From Hydrolagus affinis (taxonomy: Eukaryota), in assembly GCA_012026655.1 (NCBI GenBank), contig JAAILG010001443.1, positions 1-64,000 of the forward strand: 64,000 nucleotides of DNA, in the 5' to 3' direction. Under the pieces are notes generated by a model. The model saw only the letters and a program-made list of their open reading frames with translations, made no database searches and was not told the DNA's origin. Shown here in pieces: positions 1 to 14,800 of the stretch (its first letter is position 1; each line of letters opens with the position of its first letter). The translations under genes and the position numbers were made by a program.

Positions 1-166
1 CGTGCCTTTTGTTCCCCCCCGAATTTTTCAACCTCCCCTTCGTGTTTCACCCCCGCCCAAACACTCCCCTCCCAGCTCGGGTCACACTCCCCCTGTGCAG
101 CGCCTTGGGACGTCCTCCCGACGTGAAAGGCGCTCTATAAATGTAATTTGTTGTTGTTGTTGTTGT
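1..166 (+). mobile_element. Young L2 LINE 3' end with (TTG)n tail
   Basis: Near-identical to ~46654-46823. Ends gggacgtcctcccgacgtgaaaggcgctctataaatgtaatttgttgttg. Confidence 0.85.
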
Positions 167-2956
167 TTACACAAGCAGTGCATAATACCCTGTGTCAACA
201 GCAAAATCTGTGACCTCTCAAATACAGTCCCTGGTCACCAGGGCTAATGCACTGGATTACCAGTCAGCTTCTGAAGAGCAGGGATTGCCCCTTAAATATG
301 TTTATTTGTGCAACTAACAACAACACCAACTTCGATTTATATAACTACGTGAAGCTTGGGATCATCTTTGTGACTGCTTAGTGCCAAACTGTAGTGCTTC
401 CGGTGACTTGTCGAGACGGCTGTGTGCTAGATTTACTATAACGCCAAGACATCTTTAAACAAAGGCTCGGAAAGCTAGATCAGTGTTCCATAAAAAGCCA
501 TGGGGTGCATGATCAACTTTATCTGGGGGAATCATTAGCCAGGACACAGGGAGAAACTCCTTTCTCTTTTCTAATCGTGCCATTTGATCTATAAAGTCCA
601 CCAATCTATAACGCTTCACAGGATATAATGTAAACTGGATTGACTATGTATTTTGTCGGTGATGTGCAGCAACCAGCGTGTGCACAGCAATATCTCACAA
701 ACAGCCAATAGAGTGAGTGATCAATTTTATTTGGGGGATTTGTTGGACAGGAAAAACTCCTTTTTGAATACAGTAAAACCTCGACAATCCGACATTCTGA
801 AAGCCAGCAACTCCCTGAAACCAGCAAGATTTCAAATATTTTCTGATGTTTGGCAAATCCCCCAAAGTTCAGAACAACGGCTTGCAATTCCCGGCGTCGC
901 CACTCTGAGATCGGGTGCTGTGATTGGAGCTCGGTCATTGTTTGGCTTCAGTGCCATGTTTACGGCATACATGGTGTATGGTGTGGCATTTCCTCAGCCA
1001 ATTCTAGGGTAGGTTTCTAAATACCGGCAAACTCCGGGAGGTGAGTGGGTCCAACCGTGCCGGATGATTGAGGTTTTACTGTAGTATTAATGGGAGCTTT
1101 AACGATCATCTGAACAGGCAGAAGGGACATTTAACGTTTCTTCCAAAGGATGGAACCTCCAGCAATGCAACACTCACCAGTATCAGCATTGGAGTGTTAT
1201 GACTGTGCGACTCAAATTTCCGACGGGTGGGCTGAAATCCACAATCCTCTGACTCAGAGGCGTTACTGAACCATGCTGACTCACTACAGAGTTGCTATCA
1301 AGTTAAGAACATTTCTGCACAACTTTCATTTTTATAATTTGAAATGCCATCTAGAAAATTAACCTTCCTCCTTGTTTTCTTGTCAGCAAATTATTTTGTA
1401 TAGAGCTCAGACCTTGAACAAGTTATAATCAAGTAAACCCAAAGTGGGCAGTGACAACATGATCTCAATAATTCAAATGGAAGAAGGGAATTGACTCTTT
1501 AAAGCAGACCTTGTTTGGATCCAGTAGTCACTTATATTAATAATAATGTTAGCACCTTCTATATTTGTGGGCCATGTCGGTGGCCCATAAAACACAAGCA
1601 GTCACATCACCTTACACTACATCCCGTGAAGTGCTTTGAACGAGCTTGATAACATGACAAGGCGCTGTATCAAATGCAAGGATTATTATTAAATATTGAT
1701 ATTTAATGTGAACAGTTGCTCGGCTAAATAAAGTGTGTGTGTGTGAGAGAGACTGGCACTCAAAACACTTGTTATCTTTGCAATTAGATAGGATTCGACA
1801 ATTGTGTATAATAGCATGCAATCATGAGGCATTTTCGATGGGAATTCACGGAGAACTGCTGTCAAGCAGTGGCAGATTTGTATCTACAAGGCTGGTGATA
1901 TCAAGCGGGAGGAGAGATAATTGTCTCCTCTGTTAGAAGAGACTGACTTCATTGCAAGGAGGTTGGAGAAGTAATTGTTCAGTGCCAGTGGAGCCTGGAT
2001 GTGATGTGCATAGAATAAGCCACTACATCTCAGTCTGAAATACCACTTAATTACTTTATCACCCAACCTGGATGATGCTAAAGTTCAGGTTCCTCAATAA
2101 CAAATCATTTGTACACCAGGTCCTCCCGAAAAACCTTTCTTTCCAGAAGTCCCAGTAATAATGGTCCCAGACAAGGTGTTAATTGTAAAGTGCCTTTTAT
2201 CTGCTCATGTAAATGAGACATTGGTGCCTGTCAAGCAGAACAATATTGCAAATGGGCATTAAATTAGGAAAGCATCCTCTATAATAATTACACACAGAGC
2301 AGCGAGGATGGCCTGCCAACAATATTCCTCATTGTAACTGATTAATTGGATAACTACTGGCATCTCTCAAGAGTGTAATTGGAGATCAAGTATGTTTTGA
2401 AGCAAGTATTTCAGCACTAAAGGGTAAAATTCACAATTAACACAGCAGAAGCTAGTTACAGGGGGACCGGTTTGTGGTATTTATTTACAGGGCAAAGTTC
2501 TCAGTGTGTTTCTGCAAATGCATGCCCTTTCCTTGCACAGTTTATGTCACTGTCAACCCACTGGGTTTCTTCTGTCAGTGAAACATGTGTCTGGGCAGCC
2601 GACTTCTCCACTCTTGCTGACAAGACCATTACTTAGAACACACAAGTTACCCATTTGATGGAAGGTTAACCTCATCATCCCTCATCTATAAATCAGGCGT
2701 AAGACACAACTCCAAACCTTGAACATCAATTGGCCTCACTGTGTTCTGTCTCAGCTGTCAGCGTGGACCAAGAAATACCAGTCCCCAAGGGAGCGACAGG
2801 CATGGTTTAGACAACGGTTTTCCCCAATGGATTGTTCCTCCAAGTCAGCTTTTCTGGTTGATAAATATTAAAGAGTACAAACATCCAAACTTTGTACTGG
2901 CATAGTTTGTTAGAAAGAAAACTTGCTCAATGAGCAAAGTTGAACATGAAAAAGGT

Positions 2957-3360
2957 GTCAGCCTGGCTCAGTTAGAAGCATTGAGTTAGAAGGCTGTGGG
3001 TTCAATGACCACATCGAGACTTTCAACTGACGTAATCTAGCCTGGCACTCTAGTACAGTGCTACATTGTTTGAGGGGCCTTCCTTCAGATGAGACATTAA
3101 ATCAAGATCCCTTCTGGACATTAAAGATCCTATAACAGCACTTAAAAAGACACAATCGTTTCTACTGGCATCCCGGCTAACAGTCCCCCAGATAAAATCT
3201 TGATCATTTACTTCATAGCTATTTGTGAGACATTGCTGTGCGTAAATAACTTCCACATTTGCCAATGAAACACAGATGCTACACTTTATATTAAATCCCG
3301 TGAAGCACTATGAGACCTTCTACCTCTTGAGAGGACCAATATCAAATTCAAGGATTATAA
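2957..3360 (+). mobile_element. Older DeuSINE-like element (SacSINE1/AmnSINE1-like)
   Basis: gtcagcctggctcag...gaaggctgtgggttcaa...gatgagacattaaa...aaagatcc...gacattgctgtgcgtaaa: the head, Deu-domain and tail layout as recalled for DeuSINEs. Confidence 0.7.
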
Positions 3361-6300
3361 CAACTTTGTTAGAAATTTGAAGAGCCCAATGTATGTTCCA
3401 TAAGTTACAAGCTACAATAAATGAGATTCAGTTTAAAGAAACAAACATAATACATTTCATATGGCAAGAATCCTCATGTGTAAAGTTGTCAAACTAGAAC
3501 TGCCTTCTTTGACCAAAAATATTTCCTGGACTACTCATCAATATGCATTTTCTTTCTCTGCTGAAAGTGTATTTTGCATTACTACCTTTAGAGGGCAATA
3601 GAATACAAATGTGCGCTGAGAAAATGGAATAATGTTTAATTGAGTGCCAGGCTGCTGTTCATTAAATCAAATCTGTGCTTAAATTAGCCCGACTGAGGGC
3701 ATTGATTTATCAACAACACAAATACAACAGGAGCAGCATTGCACGTCTCTGAAGTGAACATCCAGCAACAACAACAACAACTTGCATTAATATAGCGCCC
3801 TTTATGATGAACCTCTTGGAAAACTCAACCAGGCATTAAGTAAGGAGGAGAATTTACAATTCTTTATTTTCAACATTGTAATATAAAAAAAACTTGGAAA
3901 ACGTATGGATGTCACTTCTGTGAGACGATTGTTCGTACGCATTTGGGCTTATTCACCTAAACTACAAGTTGTTTTTTTCCCCCACTTTCTTAAAAGTCCT
4001 GCTGCAGGCGGTTCCCTTCAAAAGCTGTTCAACAAGAGTCGCTGTAGAGGTACTTAAGATACATAACAGCAAAGAGAAAGCAAAGCCAGAATCAACCAGT
4101 GAGAAACTGACCTGGGTCAACCCTGTATCTAGATCAAATGCACTGAAGGGCCTTTTGCATTGCAGGTTGTCTGACTGGCAATGCATCATCACAAACACTG
4201 TGAAGGGTTATGTTGCATAAATAATGCAACATAAATGTTTTGCAAATACCCAGAGGTGAATCCCTATTAACTATGTCTCATGTCTACCTCTGTAACTATG
4301 TAAACAGAAAGGGGATCACGTGTTAAATACAAGCCTTTGAGACATGTTATATTTTGATATCGAGCAGAATTGAGATAAATCATTCAATCCTGCCTCAATT
4401 CAGCAGTCAATTTTTCCCACAGTTCTTAAAAAGAACTTAAAACGGCTTCCAAATTATGGCAGAATTTAAGAATTTTTCACAATTCTGTGCAATCATGAAA
4501 CCTTGCCCTCATCAAGTCTGCCCCTTGTCAAGTCTGGATTCCTGGTCAGTTATGTGAAGTGCTTTGAGAGATCCTCCTCAGAGGAAGATGTTGTATAAAT
4601 ATATGTTATTGTAGAATATACATGGTTAGTGCAAAATTCCATTTAGCATTCCGCCTAGCACTTTTGGCGTTAGGCAATTGTAATAGGCCAACATTATCAT
4701 TATCTAGTATTTTCATCTGTGTGTTTCCAAGTTTTTCTTATTTGGAATGTTTCTTTGTGGCAGTGTTTCATTTATTTGAGTTACAGGGCTAAAGTTGAAT
4801 ACAGTTGATATACAGTATATGTGTGTGTATCTATAATATAACATATATATGGCATCTTTCATATCGGGATGACTCCTCAAAGTGCTTCAAAGGATATGTT
4901 GTAGGAGCTTATTTTGCAGGCGCATTAGTTCATTTATTATTGTAAACTCCAAAGTTATCACAGAGATGTTCATTTCAGGAACACAATCCCCTGTATATCT
5001 AAACCCCATAAAGAGTATAAAAGTCATTAAAATAGGTTATGTACTAAATTCAAATGGACGTAAAACATGGATCAAGACCAACATCAACAGCTTATAAATG
5101 GCATGAATCCAGGGTTCATCAATGTAAAGGTTTAAGCTATTATATGGGACGCATCTTAAAAATATAATTGATTCTGTCTTAGGTACAATCAAATAACGCT
5201 GAATAAATAGTAATAAAATGTGAAGTGGGGTTGTTATACTCAGTACCGTATCAAAATAACAATTTACAGTGTTCATATAAAGTTCTGATCAATTCGATTG
5301 TCTCTGTCTATATTCTGTGAGGTCACATCTATTCCCGTATTAATCTGGTGTAAGGCCAACACTTCCATTTCATTTAGAGAGAGCATGTGAGTCATAGAAA
5401 GATGGGAATAATTAGAAAATTGATCTTTTAGTATCACTGATGTCCGATTCAAAGTGTAGGAGTTGATAAATATAATGCTTTCACTGCAAAAGCTATTATT
5501 ATCCTGAATTTGCGAAGTTCAGAAAAGCAAACATTTGTGCCAGGTGCTTTGCGGAGGATAGTTTATTCACTGTTGCCAAGGCCTATCAATGCAGCTTGAA
5601 ATGTCAGCAAATTAGATTTCTTGACTTGTTTGTTACAAACTTGTTTTCTACTTTGTAAAAAGCACTCCAAGACACTGCTGGGATGTACTGCATTGTCAGA
5701 CATATCATCCTTTGGATGAGGTGTTAAATCTTGTTCAGGTGGATGTTAAAGATCCTGTTGCACTATTCAAAAAGAGGAGGTGGTCCTTCCCAACAATCCC
5801 CCAAATAAAACTGGTCATTAGTTTCACGGCTGTTTTGTGGGACATTGCAGTGTGCAATTGGACTGTGCATTCACCTACAAATACACAGTCACTCCACTTC
5901 ACAGTAAATCTTGTGAAGCGCTTTGGGATGTCATTACAACTTGAAAGGCGCTATATCAAACGACAGGCTGATTATTATTATTAATAACAACCCCATAGGA
6001 TTCAGCTCAGATGAATTATGTATCACCACTTGAATATATAATGCCGGTATTGTCAGTGAAATATGGTAATTATGTGGCTCGGAGTCATCTGTAATTGTAC
6101 ATATCAATTGCAGGCTCGGTTGCAAGAGTTGTAATAAACATTCAGTCAGTAACACATGCTAATGGCGACCAATCCAGCCTAAGCAAAGTGCCTGAGGCAA
6201 TCCAACACTACATTCAACTAAATCATTTAAATTAAATTCTGATCATCAAAGCAAGATGTATAGCCCTTTGCATATTGTACACTGCAGAGGATGTCCCACT

Positions 6301-8127
6301 TATTTTCACATTCTCTCACAATAAACAAAGGCGTGTTTGTTGAAGGGCACATCCAGTTTATGGAATAAAGCTGCACTGACCCCAGACACAAACTGTGTGG
6401 GTCAGGAAGAAGAGTTGATTGAGTTTCCAATAATTTAAGATTTTCCTGTTGCTGTTACTGATCCCCCTTAACATCTCATCTGAAAGCGTGCCTCGCCTGG
6501 GTAGGTAGCAAGAGGATTAGCCAACACCAGTGTCTCACTCAAGGAGCAATTGTATATGGGCCAACCTGGCAGCGAGTGACAGAAGGGTATTTTATGGGCA
6601 CTTTTGATAGGCTTGGTGACTGTTACAGGCAGAAATCCATCATCAGGCTTAGCAGTATCCAAACCAGACTCAGAGGTCCACATATGTACATGTTATCTGC
6701 AAGCGTGGAAATTTCATATAATATCTCAGAACCTCTCATAACCTCAGTAACCCTGATTGTTTTAATAATAATCCTCACATAGGATACAGCATTTCTATGT
6801 CAGGAGAACATCACAAAACACTTCATAGGATTTACTGGTACTGTTTAATTAATGACTGTGTTCTCTAGGACGAACATGGTATTAGAACGATGGAAGAGCA
6901 ATAGCCAGGACATCAGTAGAATGGTCTTCTCTTTTTCAAAACTGTGCACAGGAACCGTTAAAGTCAAGTTGGACCAACAGAATCTTGATTTAAAGTCTCA
7001 CCTGAAAGTCAACATCTTTGATAAATCTGTATTTCCTCAACACTGCACTGGAGTTCTCAAATCCTGCTCTGGGACTGAAACATACAACCTTCTGGCCTCA
7101 AGGCAAGAGCTCTCATAACTGGAGTGAGCCAAGCAGTGAGCTGTAGCACACACAACAACAACAATAACTTCAATTTATATAACGCCCTCCACGCCAGACT
7201 GCGTCCTACAGCGTTTAAAGGCAATCACATGATTATGTGCTCAAATTGGACAAATGAGAGATCAGGAAGCCTTTTCTCAAGGAGTGCTAATGAATTCATC
7301 CTTTTCAAAACAAGAATCATACAATAAATACTTCAGCAAGATCTGAACAATATTTGATTCACGGATAGTGAATAATATTTAATAAATAATGGCAATTAAA
7401 CTATTTTTACAGAGAGTGACTGATAAACCTAACATTGCTCAATTGCGTAAGTGCATAAGGTATATAACACATAAAAGAGTGAGATGCGGGAAATATTTCG
7501 GAAATGAACAGCGACGTGGTCTGTGAGCAATAAAGTCATGAATCAGAAATGCAGGTCGTTCATGTGTGAAATGTTGGCATTTCCTGCCCAAAAAGAAGAT
7601 AAATCTATTCATCTCTTTTCAATCCCTTTCAATAATCCTCCCCCCCTCTCCCACCACACACACACACTTATTAATAAATAGCCAATTATTTGCAATGAGG
7701 TCAGAATACTAGGATCAAGATCATTGTCTATGTATCAATCTGTACACTCAAAGCTGACATTCATTTTGCCCCTAACCCTCCTCCAATAAAATATGCCAAT
7801 GAAGGAATACTGATGAATCCTTGCTCAACACTCAAACAATGGGTGAATCTTTGTACTGCACACAAACAATGGGTGCTGACCCAATCCTCACATTTGTGCT
7901 GCAGACCAGTGCTGTGTGACATGATCTACAAGCCAAACTCCCAACAGAGATTCATTAGAAATTAGTCCCACAACATTAGAATCAGTCGCACAACATCAGT
8001 GTCTTGGCACGTTCTCCCGACTTGAAAGGCACTATACAAATGTAATATTTGGTTGTTGCTCAGAGCAATTTAGACTTTTACCATCAGAGCCATTTATCAT
8101 GAATACAGGTGGCCTGAGGATAGCTAT

Positions 8128-8255
8128 TTGTTAGGACAGGGTATTAAGGGATACAGGGCGAAGGCAAGTAATTGGACTTGAGGTACAGGTCAGCCATAAT
8201 CTTATGGGACGGTGGAACAGATTGGAGTGGCTGAATGGCCTATACCTGTTTCTCT
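8128..8255 (+). mobile_element. CR1-type LINE 3' end (other CR1 remnants ~13190-13350, 17400-17520, 25560-25820, 54500-54690, 55960-56155)
   Basis: ggtattaagggatacagggc...gtcagccataatc...ggctgaatggcctatacctgtt, typical of CR1 3' UTR tails. Confidence 0.65.
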
Positions 8256-8779
8256 GATGCCCATCACTAATACCATTGCAAACCCCAGTCAGTCCACATA
8301 CACTTCAATATCTTGACTCAGGCATTGCATTGTTAGTGCCGCCGCACAGTTGTGCGGGTCTCAAACTAACTGCAGCGACATATAACCACTGTGATCCATA
8401 GGGCTGTCGCAGTGTACAGCCAGCGCTCTAAACCTTCATTTTACCTTCAGTTAGATGGTGTAAATTTCAGACATTTGTTAGATGCAACAAGACTGCTTTG
8501 AACACGGTCATTTCCGATTTTTTGAAGTGTTTTGTTTAACGGCAGAGTTAATGGCCTAATAGCAGTTAGAGCACAAGCTACATTTACTGTTGAGCTTTAA
8601 GGTCACAGCGCTTCAATCTGCCTGAATGTTTCAAATATGCATCTAATATTGCTGATCCCAGCACATTCCGGCACATTGCCACTAAAGCTATTTCTCAGAT
8701 ATTGCGTCAGAATCCATTTTCGGCCAACAACTTGTTGTATATTGAAGCAATTAATTAATGAAATGAGTCCAGCACTTAC

Positions 8780-8832
8780 CCCTGGACAGGCAATGACAGA
8801 GATTTAAGAAGATTGGCGTCTCGAGATGCCAT
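8780..8832 (-). CDS. INSC: Inscuteable (INSC) first coding exon, CDS part (whole exon 8780-8880)
   Basis: 101-nt exon with acceptor tttcttcttgtag| (8881/8880) and donor GG|gtaagt (8780/8779). ATG at 8832 gives MASRDANLLKSLSLPVQ(G), phase 2, resembling the human INSC N-terminus MMALPGGRHLDSVTLPGQR as recalled. It lies on the same strand and downstream of the CALC gene, as in human CALCB-INSC synteny. Later exons were not seen in the window. Confidence 0.7.
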
Positions 8833-11540
8833 AGTTCCTTTAGCAGTCAGCCGCAGGCAAAATCTTCCGCAGACTGGTACCTACAAGAAGAAATTGTTGT
8901 AGTTATACATTTCATGAAGACAAATCACGGCTGCTCAATGAATTCAATTTGTGGTGTTGTTTTATAGTTGACTACAGAAAAAATTCTCTGTTGTAGAAAA
9001 TAAAAGTACTCCACTTCAAAAGCAACTCGACCATCCATAACCAATGGGTGGGGGGTAGGTTGGGTTTCAGTGAAACGGTTTTGAGGGGTCTGGAGGGAGG
9101 TGAGTACTTAAGACATGGGATCTGTAACATCACACCACCATTGGGGTCTTCAAGCTCTCTTGGACACTAACCATATATGAGGGGTGGTATATGAATGCAA
9201 GTTGCTGTTGTTGTCTTTTAGCTCTGACCCAAGGTCAGGTCCCAATGGTAATCTCACAAGTCACTCCACCAGAAAACCCAGTTCACACGGCAGGAGCTCT
9301 CTCCAGCTTTTCCTCTGTCCAAACTAGTTTCAAACTAAATTGTCCCTTTGTGGCAGCTTGGTCTGTTTTCACAAAGGAAAACCTTTCCTGTAGCATTCCC
9401 CCATCCCCACCCCACTCCCCCACAGCAGATCTCTCTCACTACCCAATGCTGGCAGCTTTCAGGAGGTCAGTCCTATAGGATTTGAATTTATTTTCCTCTC
9501 TCTCGAAAGCCCTATTGTGTTTTGGCAAAAACACAAGCAAAGGGAGATCTTCATTTAATACGCATAAAGTGCTAAAGATATGCCCAATCTAAATATATAT
9601 CCCCACATGAGGCAGCCTAAGTGCAGGCTTCACAGGAGAAAACTCCTAGAAACCAGAACTTAACTAGTAAGAAACTATTTCAACCATATATAGGGAGAAA
9701 CTCCATGGGGATATTCCTACCCACCTGAAACTGTATTTAAACATAGAATGAACTCTCCTTTAGTCACCATCTAGGAACTCCAAAGCTGCATGCATTCCAT
9801 GCTCGAAAATTATATCTCCAGATACAACATGGTTTGGGACACGACATGTCAGGATTGTGGAAGGCGAACTAGATAGACATTTGTCTCCTATCGCCTAGCA
9901 AATTCTTATGTTCTTAGACTGTACACACAATTCATACATTACACACCAAGAGAGCTTCTATTTTTTGCAGCAGAGGGAATAAAAAAAATTACCCTACATG
10001 TCAGACTAATAAAAGAAACATTTTAGAATCTGGATCAATTGGGTTTGCATGATTTGGGTTAGGATTAAGGTCGAATTCAGTATAAATTTTGAAGATGGTT
10101 CCCTGTAGTTCTTAAGACTTACAGAAAAACAGCTTCAAAATTAAGCCTGATTTCAGAATATTCCAAATTTTGGACGTTCCGTTACCGATGGAATTTCTAC
10201 CCAAATTTTGCTGCAGTGTGTCACAGTATTGTAAAGTTTCCACTGGTTTTCTGTACCAATGTCCAATGGTTATTCTTCTACATCCTATTTTCAGTACCAA
10301 TTAATACACCTTCAACACTTTGCAATTTTTGCTGTAGCTCAAGAAAACTCTTTATATCTCAATACAGGAGAAGTATTGCAGGGGGATTTTGTGGGGTGGG
10401 GGGGGAATGTTTTCACAAAGGAAAAAGGAAAGGTGGAAAAAAGCTTGGAAAAATAATAATTCCTATTAACGAATATTCCTATTAACGAATGGCAAGATCT
10501 TGTGTGATGTTACTGCAGTAGCCTTTAAATGTTGGTTTGTCAAACATTTCGTCTTCCCCTGTTACTGTGCATCAGCATCAGAACTAATTAAAATACTATT
10601 GATAGAGCACAAGCAACCTCTTCTTTGACAGAGTTATTTATTTTCCATTACAGCAGTAGCAATAAATAAGTGAGTCACATAGGTTAACCCAGGCCAAAAG
10701 ATACTGTTGATGGGACTTAACTCTTTACAGTTACGGTGCATAGGATTATGTCAGTGCTTTATGATAAATCCTTCATAAAGCAACTCATGTAGCAATAACT
10801 TCATAAAAGGATGTGGGTGGGTGGTGGGGGGGAGAGACAGAGAAATAGTAGATTGTAATATCTAGCCTCCCTGTTATGGATCCTGCAACACACGTGACCT
10901 GTGTGAATACTGAACTATCTATAATGTGAGAGCCAGATCACGGCGGGTCTTCACACACATTAACCTCTGGTGTCTGCTGGTGAGTTATTTGCTGGTTACA
11001 TTCAGGAGATTCTGTGAAACGGCAAACCCTTACAAATGTAATGTAGGAGCGTCCAGGATTTGAAAATATAGTGTTTTTCAATTTTATTTGAAAAGTTTCC
11101 CATAAATGTACCACAAATAACTGGGATGTACAACCTTTTGAACACAAGTACTATAGTACCAACTGAGCCAAGATGACACCTACTTGATTTAGACCCGTCA
11201 CTTAGTGGTTAGCACACTTGCCTTGCAGCTAAGAGGACCCAGGTTCGATTTCTGGCAAAACCTTAGGCAAGTTTTCTTACTCCACACAATTCTGTAGTAG
11301 TAAATAGGAACCTGATTGTTAGTTGATTGGTGGATCGCTTGCCAGGGTAATAATCCCTCCAAAAATAAGAAAAGCATTTGGAGACTTAATACATGACTGT
11401 TTGTGCGACACTGCTGTGTGCAATTGCTGTTGGGTTTCACCCACAAAATACACAATCACTTTATTTTGCAATATATTCTGTGAAGCATTTTGAGGTGTCT
11501 CAAAGGAGTGACAATAATAATAATCTGAATAATCTATACA

Positions 11541-11856
11541 GTGGAGTCCTGTAGGTCAGTGGTTAGAGCACTCACCTTACAAACGGGAGATCTGTGTTTC
11601 GAATCCAGGCAAGTCAAGGGGAAACCTTGGGCAAGTTTCCTTACTCCACATGCCTAACAATAATCCCTCGTAAAAACTATAATAAATTGGTCATTTCAAT
11701 CCACGCATGTTTGTGCGACACTGCTGTACACAATTGGCTGCCGCGTTTCGCCCACAAATATACAGTCAATTCACTTTGCAGTATATTCTGTGAAGTGCTT
11801 TGAGACATCTCGAAGATGTGAAAAGCGCTATATTAAATGCAGAGATTATTATTATT
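11541..11856 (+). mobile_element. tRNA-derived SINE (abundant young family, ~310 bp; tRNA head, Deu-like body, L2-like tail with (ATT)n)
   Basis: A-box/B-box-like head (gtggttagagcactc...ttcgaatcc), body gacactgctgt..caattggctgccgcgtttcgcccacaaatatacagtcaattcact, tail gatgtgaaaagcgctatat...gattattatt. Confidence 0.9.
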
Positions 11857-14800
11857 CTTATAACACCATATCAAGTCTTGGAGATGTCTCAAAGTGCTTT
11901 ACAGAATACACTGTAAAGTAAATTGACTGTGGGTAATAAGGCGTCATATCAAATGTAAGGATTATCATTATTATGTCTAGAGTTTGTTCCCACATCATCA
12001 ATGAAGATCATGCACACACAAGCTCTTTTATAACTGATATTGGGTGCAACTCAAATGTCAGGCCATCCAATTTGCACCTGGTTTAATGAAGAACATCATT
12101 TGTGTCTTGTGTCAGTGCCTTCATGAATTCATCCTTGTTAGAAAAAAAATACCCTGCATACTGAGTAAACAGTATGTACAGGACTACAGGAGGCATTGAT
12201 GTTGAAGATTATCTCTCAAGTAATGCATGAAATGGAAGTAAGAAGCATTGCTGCAAATAAAGTCCATGTATCTGCTTGTCAGATACTTGTTTTGACAATG
12301 CTTCTGAACAGGCGTGGGTTGGCACACTTTGCTTACTTCTCATGGCATTAGCGTCACACACATGGAAAGTGAGTCACGAACAAGCAGAATCTGGTTCTCC
12401 AGAGGATTGTGTTCTGTGATGCAAGCTTTTATTCTACACTGCGATCAGGTTAATTGGATGCTGATTTTAATCTTCAGAACTCAGATCACAAATAACAAGA
12501 TGCTCCTTGCTGACGTATAGAAAGAGCAATGCATATTCCTAAAGGTAGCAGGAAGAATACTTCACAGGGCCACTGGGAGATGGTGCTTTATGGTATTTGC
12601 CTCTGCATTGTAGCTAAAAACAGCAAACACTGATCAACAAAACCTCCAAATACTTTAAGGCTTAAAAGAACTTTATGTTCATCTTTTGTGTTTCCTAAGT
12701 TCTCAATTTAAAACATATCTATAGTCACCACCTTTCTCCTCTCCCCCGATGGACTTGCTTCATTCCCCCAACCACCACTGTAAAGATTTCCAATTGGGAA
12801 AGGTGCTCTATTGAATGCATGTTGTTGTTTTGTTCACATTATCTCATCCAGTTTGACAATCTGTGGATATGATTTTCATTGAAACTTGGTGTAGTATTAA
12901 TGTTCTGCCACTCGATGGCACCAACACATTTAATAAATAGATGCCATTGGGAAGACTCATAGGCTAAGCTTTGAGGACAGGAGAGGGAAACGTTCTGTTA
13001 ACTCACTTATAAGCCACAAAGTTAGGAGTGTTTTTGATCAACCCCACGAGTAAGATCTTAAATTCATAACCCAAATGCCTGCATAATCTTATTTTGTTCA
13101 GAGCATGCTTCGAAAAATTTATTCCCCGTAATAAGAAACAAGATAGACGCGGAAGGCACACAAAATCACAACATTGTTTTGGGTGAAGAAGGCCATTAGA
13201 CGCATCTGGTCTCATCGTTCCAGGACACTCATCGTACCCTCTCCTCATCCCTGCCTCAAGGTGCTTTTTAATGATGTTGGTGTCCTTGCCTCTACATTCT
13301 TTCCTGGTGACTTGTTCCAGTTGTTGATCACACTCTGGCTACTGAAAAACTTCCTGGTACGAAATTTGCCTAAGGTTTCACCCTGACCGGGAATTGGATC
13401 TGGGTCCTCTCGCTTGCGAGGCGAGCGAGCTAAACCACAACCCTACAGGACCCCAGAAACATTTAGGAAACATCTAACATTTAAACATTTAAAAAGTTTT
13501 AAATCTTAACATTTAAGAGTGTACACAATTGAGTTGAATTGAGTTTTAACTTGAAGCCCATTTTATGTGATTGTTCAAAAGAAAATGCCACCCCAAGAGA
13601 TTCAGATGCCGTGCGATCCTCATCGCAAACATTCCCATTGACTTCCTTGCATTTGACATAGCGCTTTTCACATCTTCTGGACGTCTCAAAAATAAGAGAT
13701 GTCTCAACAACCTGATAAGAAATGCAAGGATTTTTATTGTTATAAATGTTATTTTAACAGAGTAAACCTAGACCAAGGTTGACTTTGTAACCAGCAAGAG
13801 GTTAACAATTCCTGCCTGAATAAGGGGTTATCCAACTGAAAGCAAATGTTAGGATGTTTCACCGGTAAAGATGTGTTATGAATGTCGATTCACGTGTATG
13901 AACACACCATGACTCACGTGAGCAAGTTACAAAATCTCTCTTTCCCATTGAAAGAACTTGCACGACATGGCTATGAGAACACAACATTCAATCTATTCCT
14001 AGTTGGAAACTGCTCGGGTTGATTCGGAATAATGTCCCATGTCCTAGTAATTCAAGCAGGTTAGCATTTGACTTAATATTACAAGGTTACAAGCATGTGT
14101 CTCTCTGGATCTCCAGCCCTTTACACATCTCGGAATTTCAATCCATTTGGGAGTCAAATAAAAGGCTTATTTTACTCTGTGCATTCAATGTCGCAAATTC
14201 ATTGCTGCAATGCTGCGCACTATTCTGCTCCATTTGATAAGTTGAGCAAATTTGTGCCCATAAACAATGACAATTTGCATTTATATTGTCGGTAGCGTCT
14301 CAGAGTGCTTTACAAGGATTCGTTCAGACACAGAGCGAGGAGGGCAGAGGGAAAGGGGAATAATGCGAGGTGACAGTAAACATTTAAAACGCACTGTTAC
14401 GTCATTTAATTTTACATTGGTAATAATTTACTATTTATAGTAAATTATTTACTATTTATAGTTACAGTGTTATTCGCTAAGTGAGAGAAATGGTGCTTTT
14501 TCTCGTTATCAGTAATTTAACAGACAATGCTGCTACACAATTTTTTTTTACAATGGTTACCATACCAACAGATGTCCACAGAAAGACACTTGGTTTTGGT
14601 GGTGTGGGGTGGGAGGTGTGGGCGTTTAGGGAGGGGGTAGTGGACGAAAAGCTCTGGTTACAGATGTTACTAGAGTAGCTGGTCTCAGAACAAGTGGATT
14701 CTGAGAGCAAAACCTCGTTAAAGATAACAAATAGCTCTGCTACAAAGAAACAGACAGATTCGGAAAAGTTGAGACGTGCCTCGGAAAATGGCTCGTCAAA

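Noticed and set aside
10460-10490. 16-bp tandem duplication (ttcctattaacgaata); similar micro-duplications near 14425 and 28040
   Set aside because: Ordinary slippage duplications with no functional indication.
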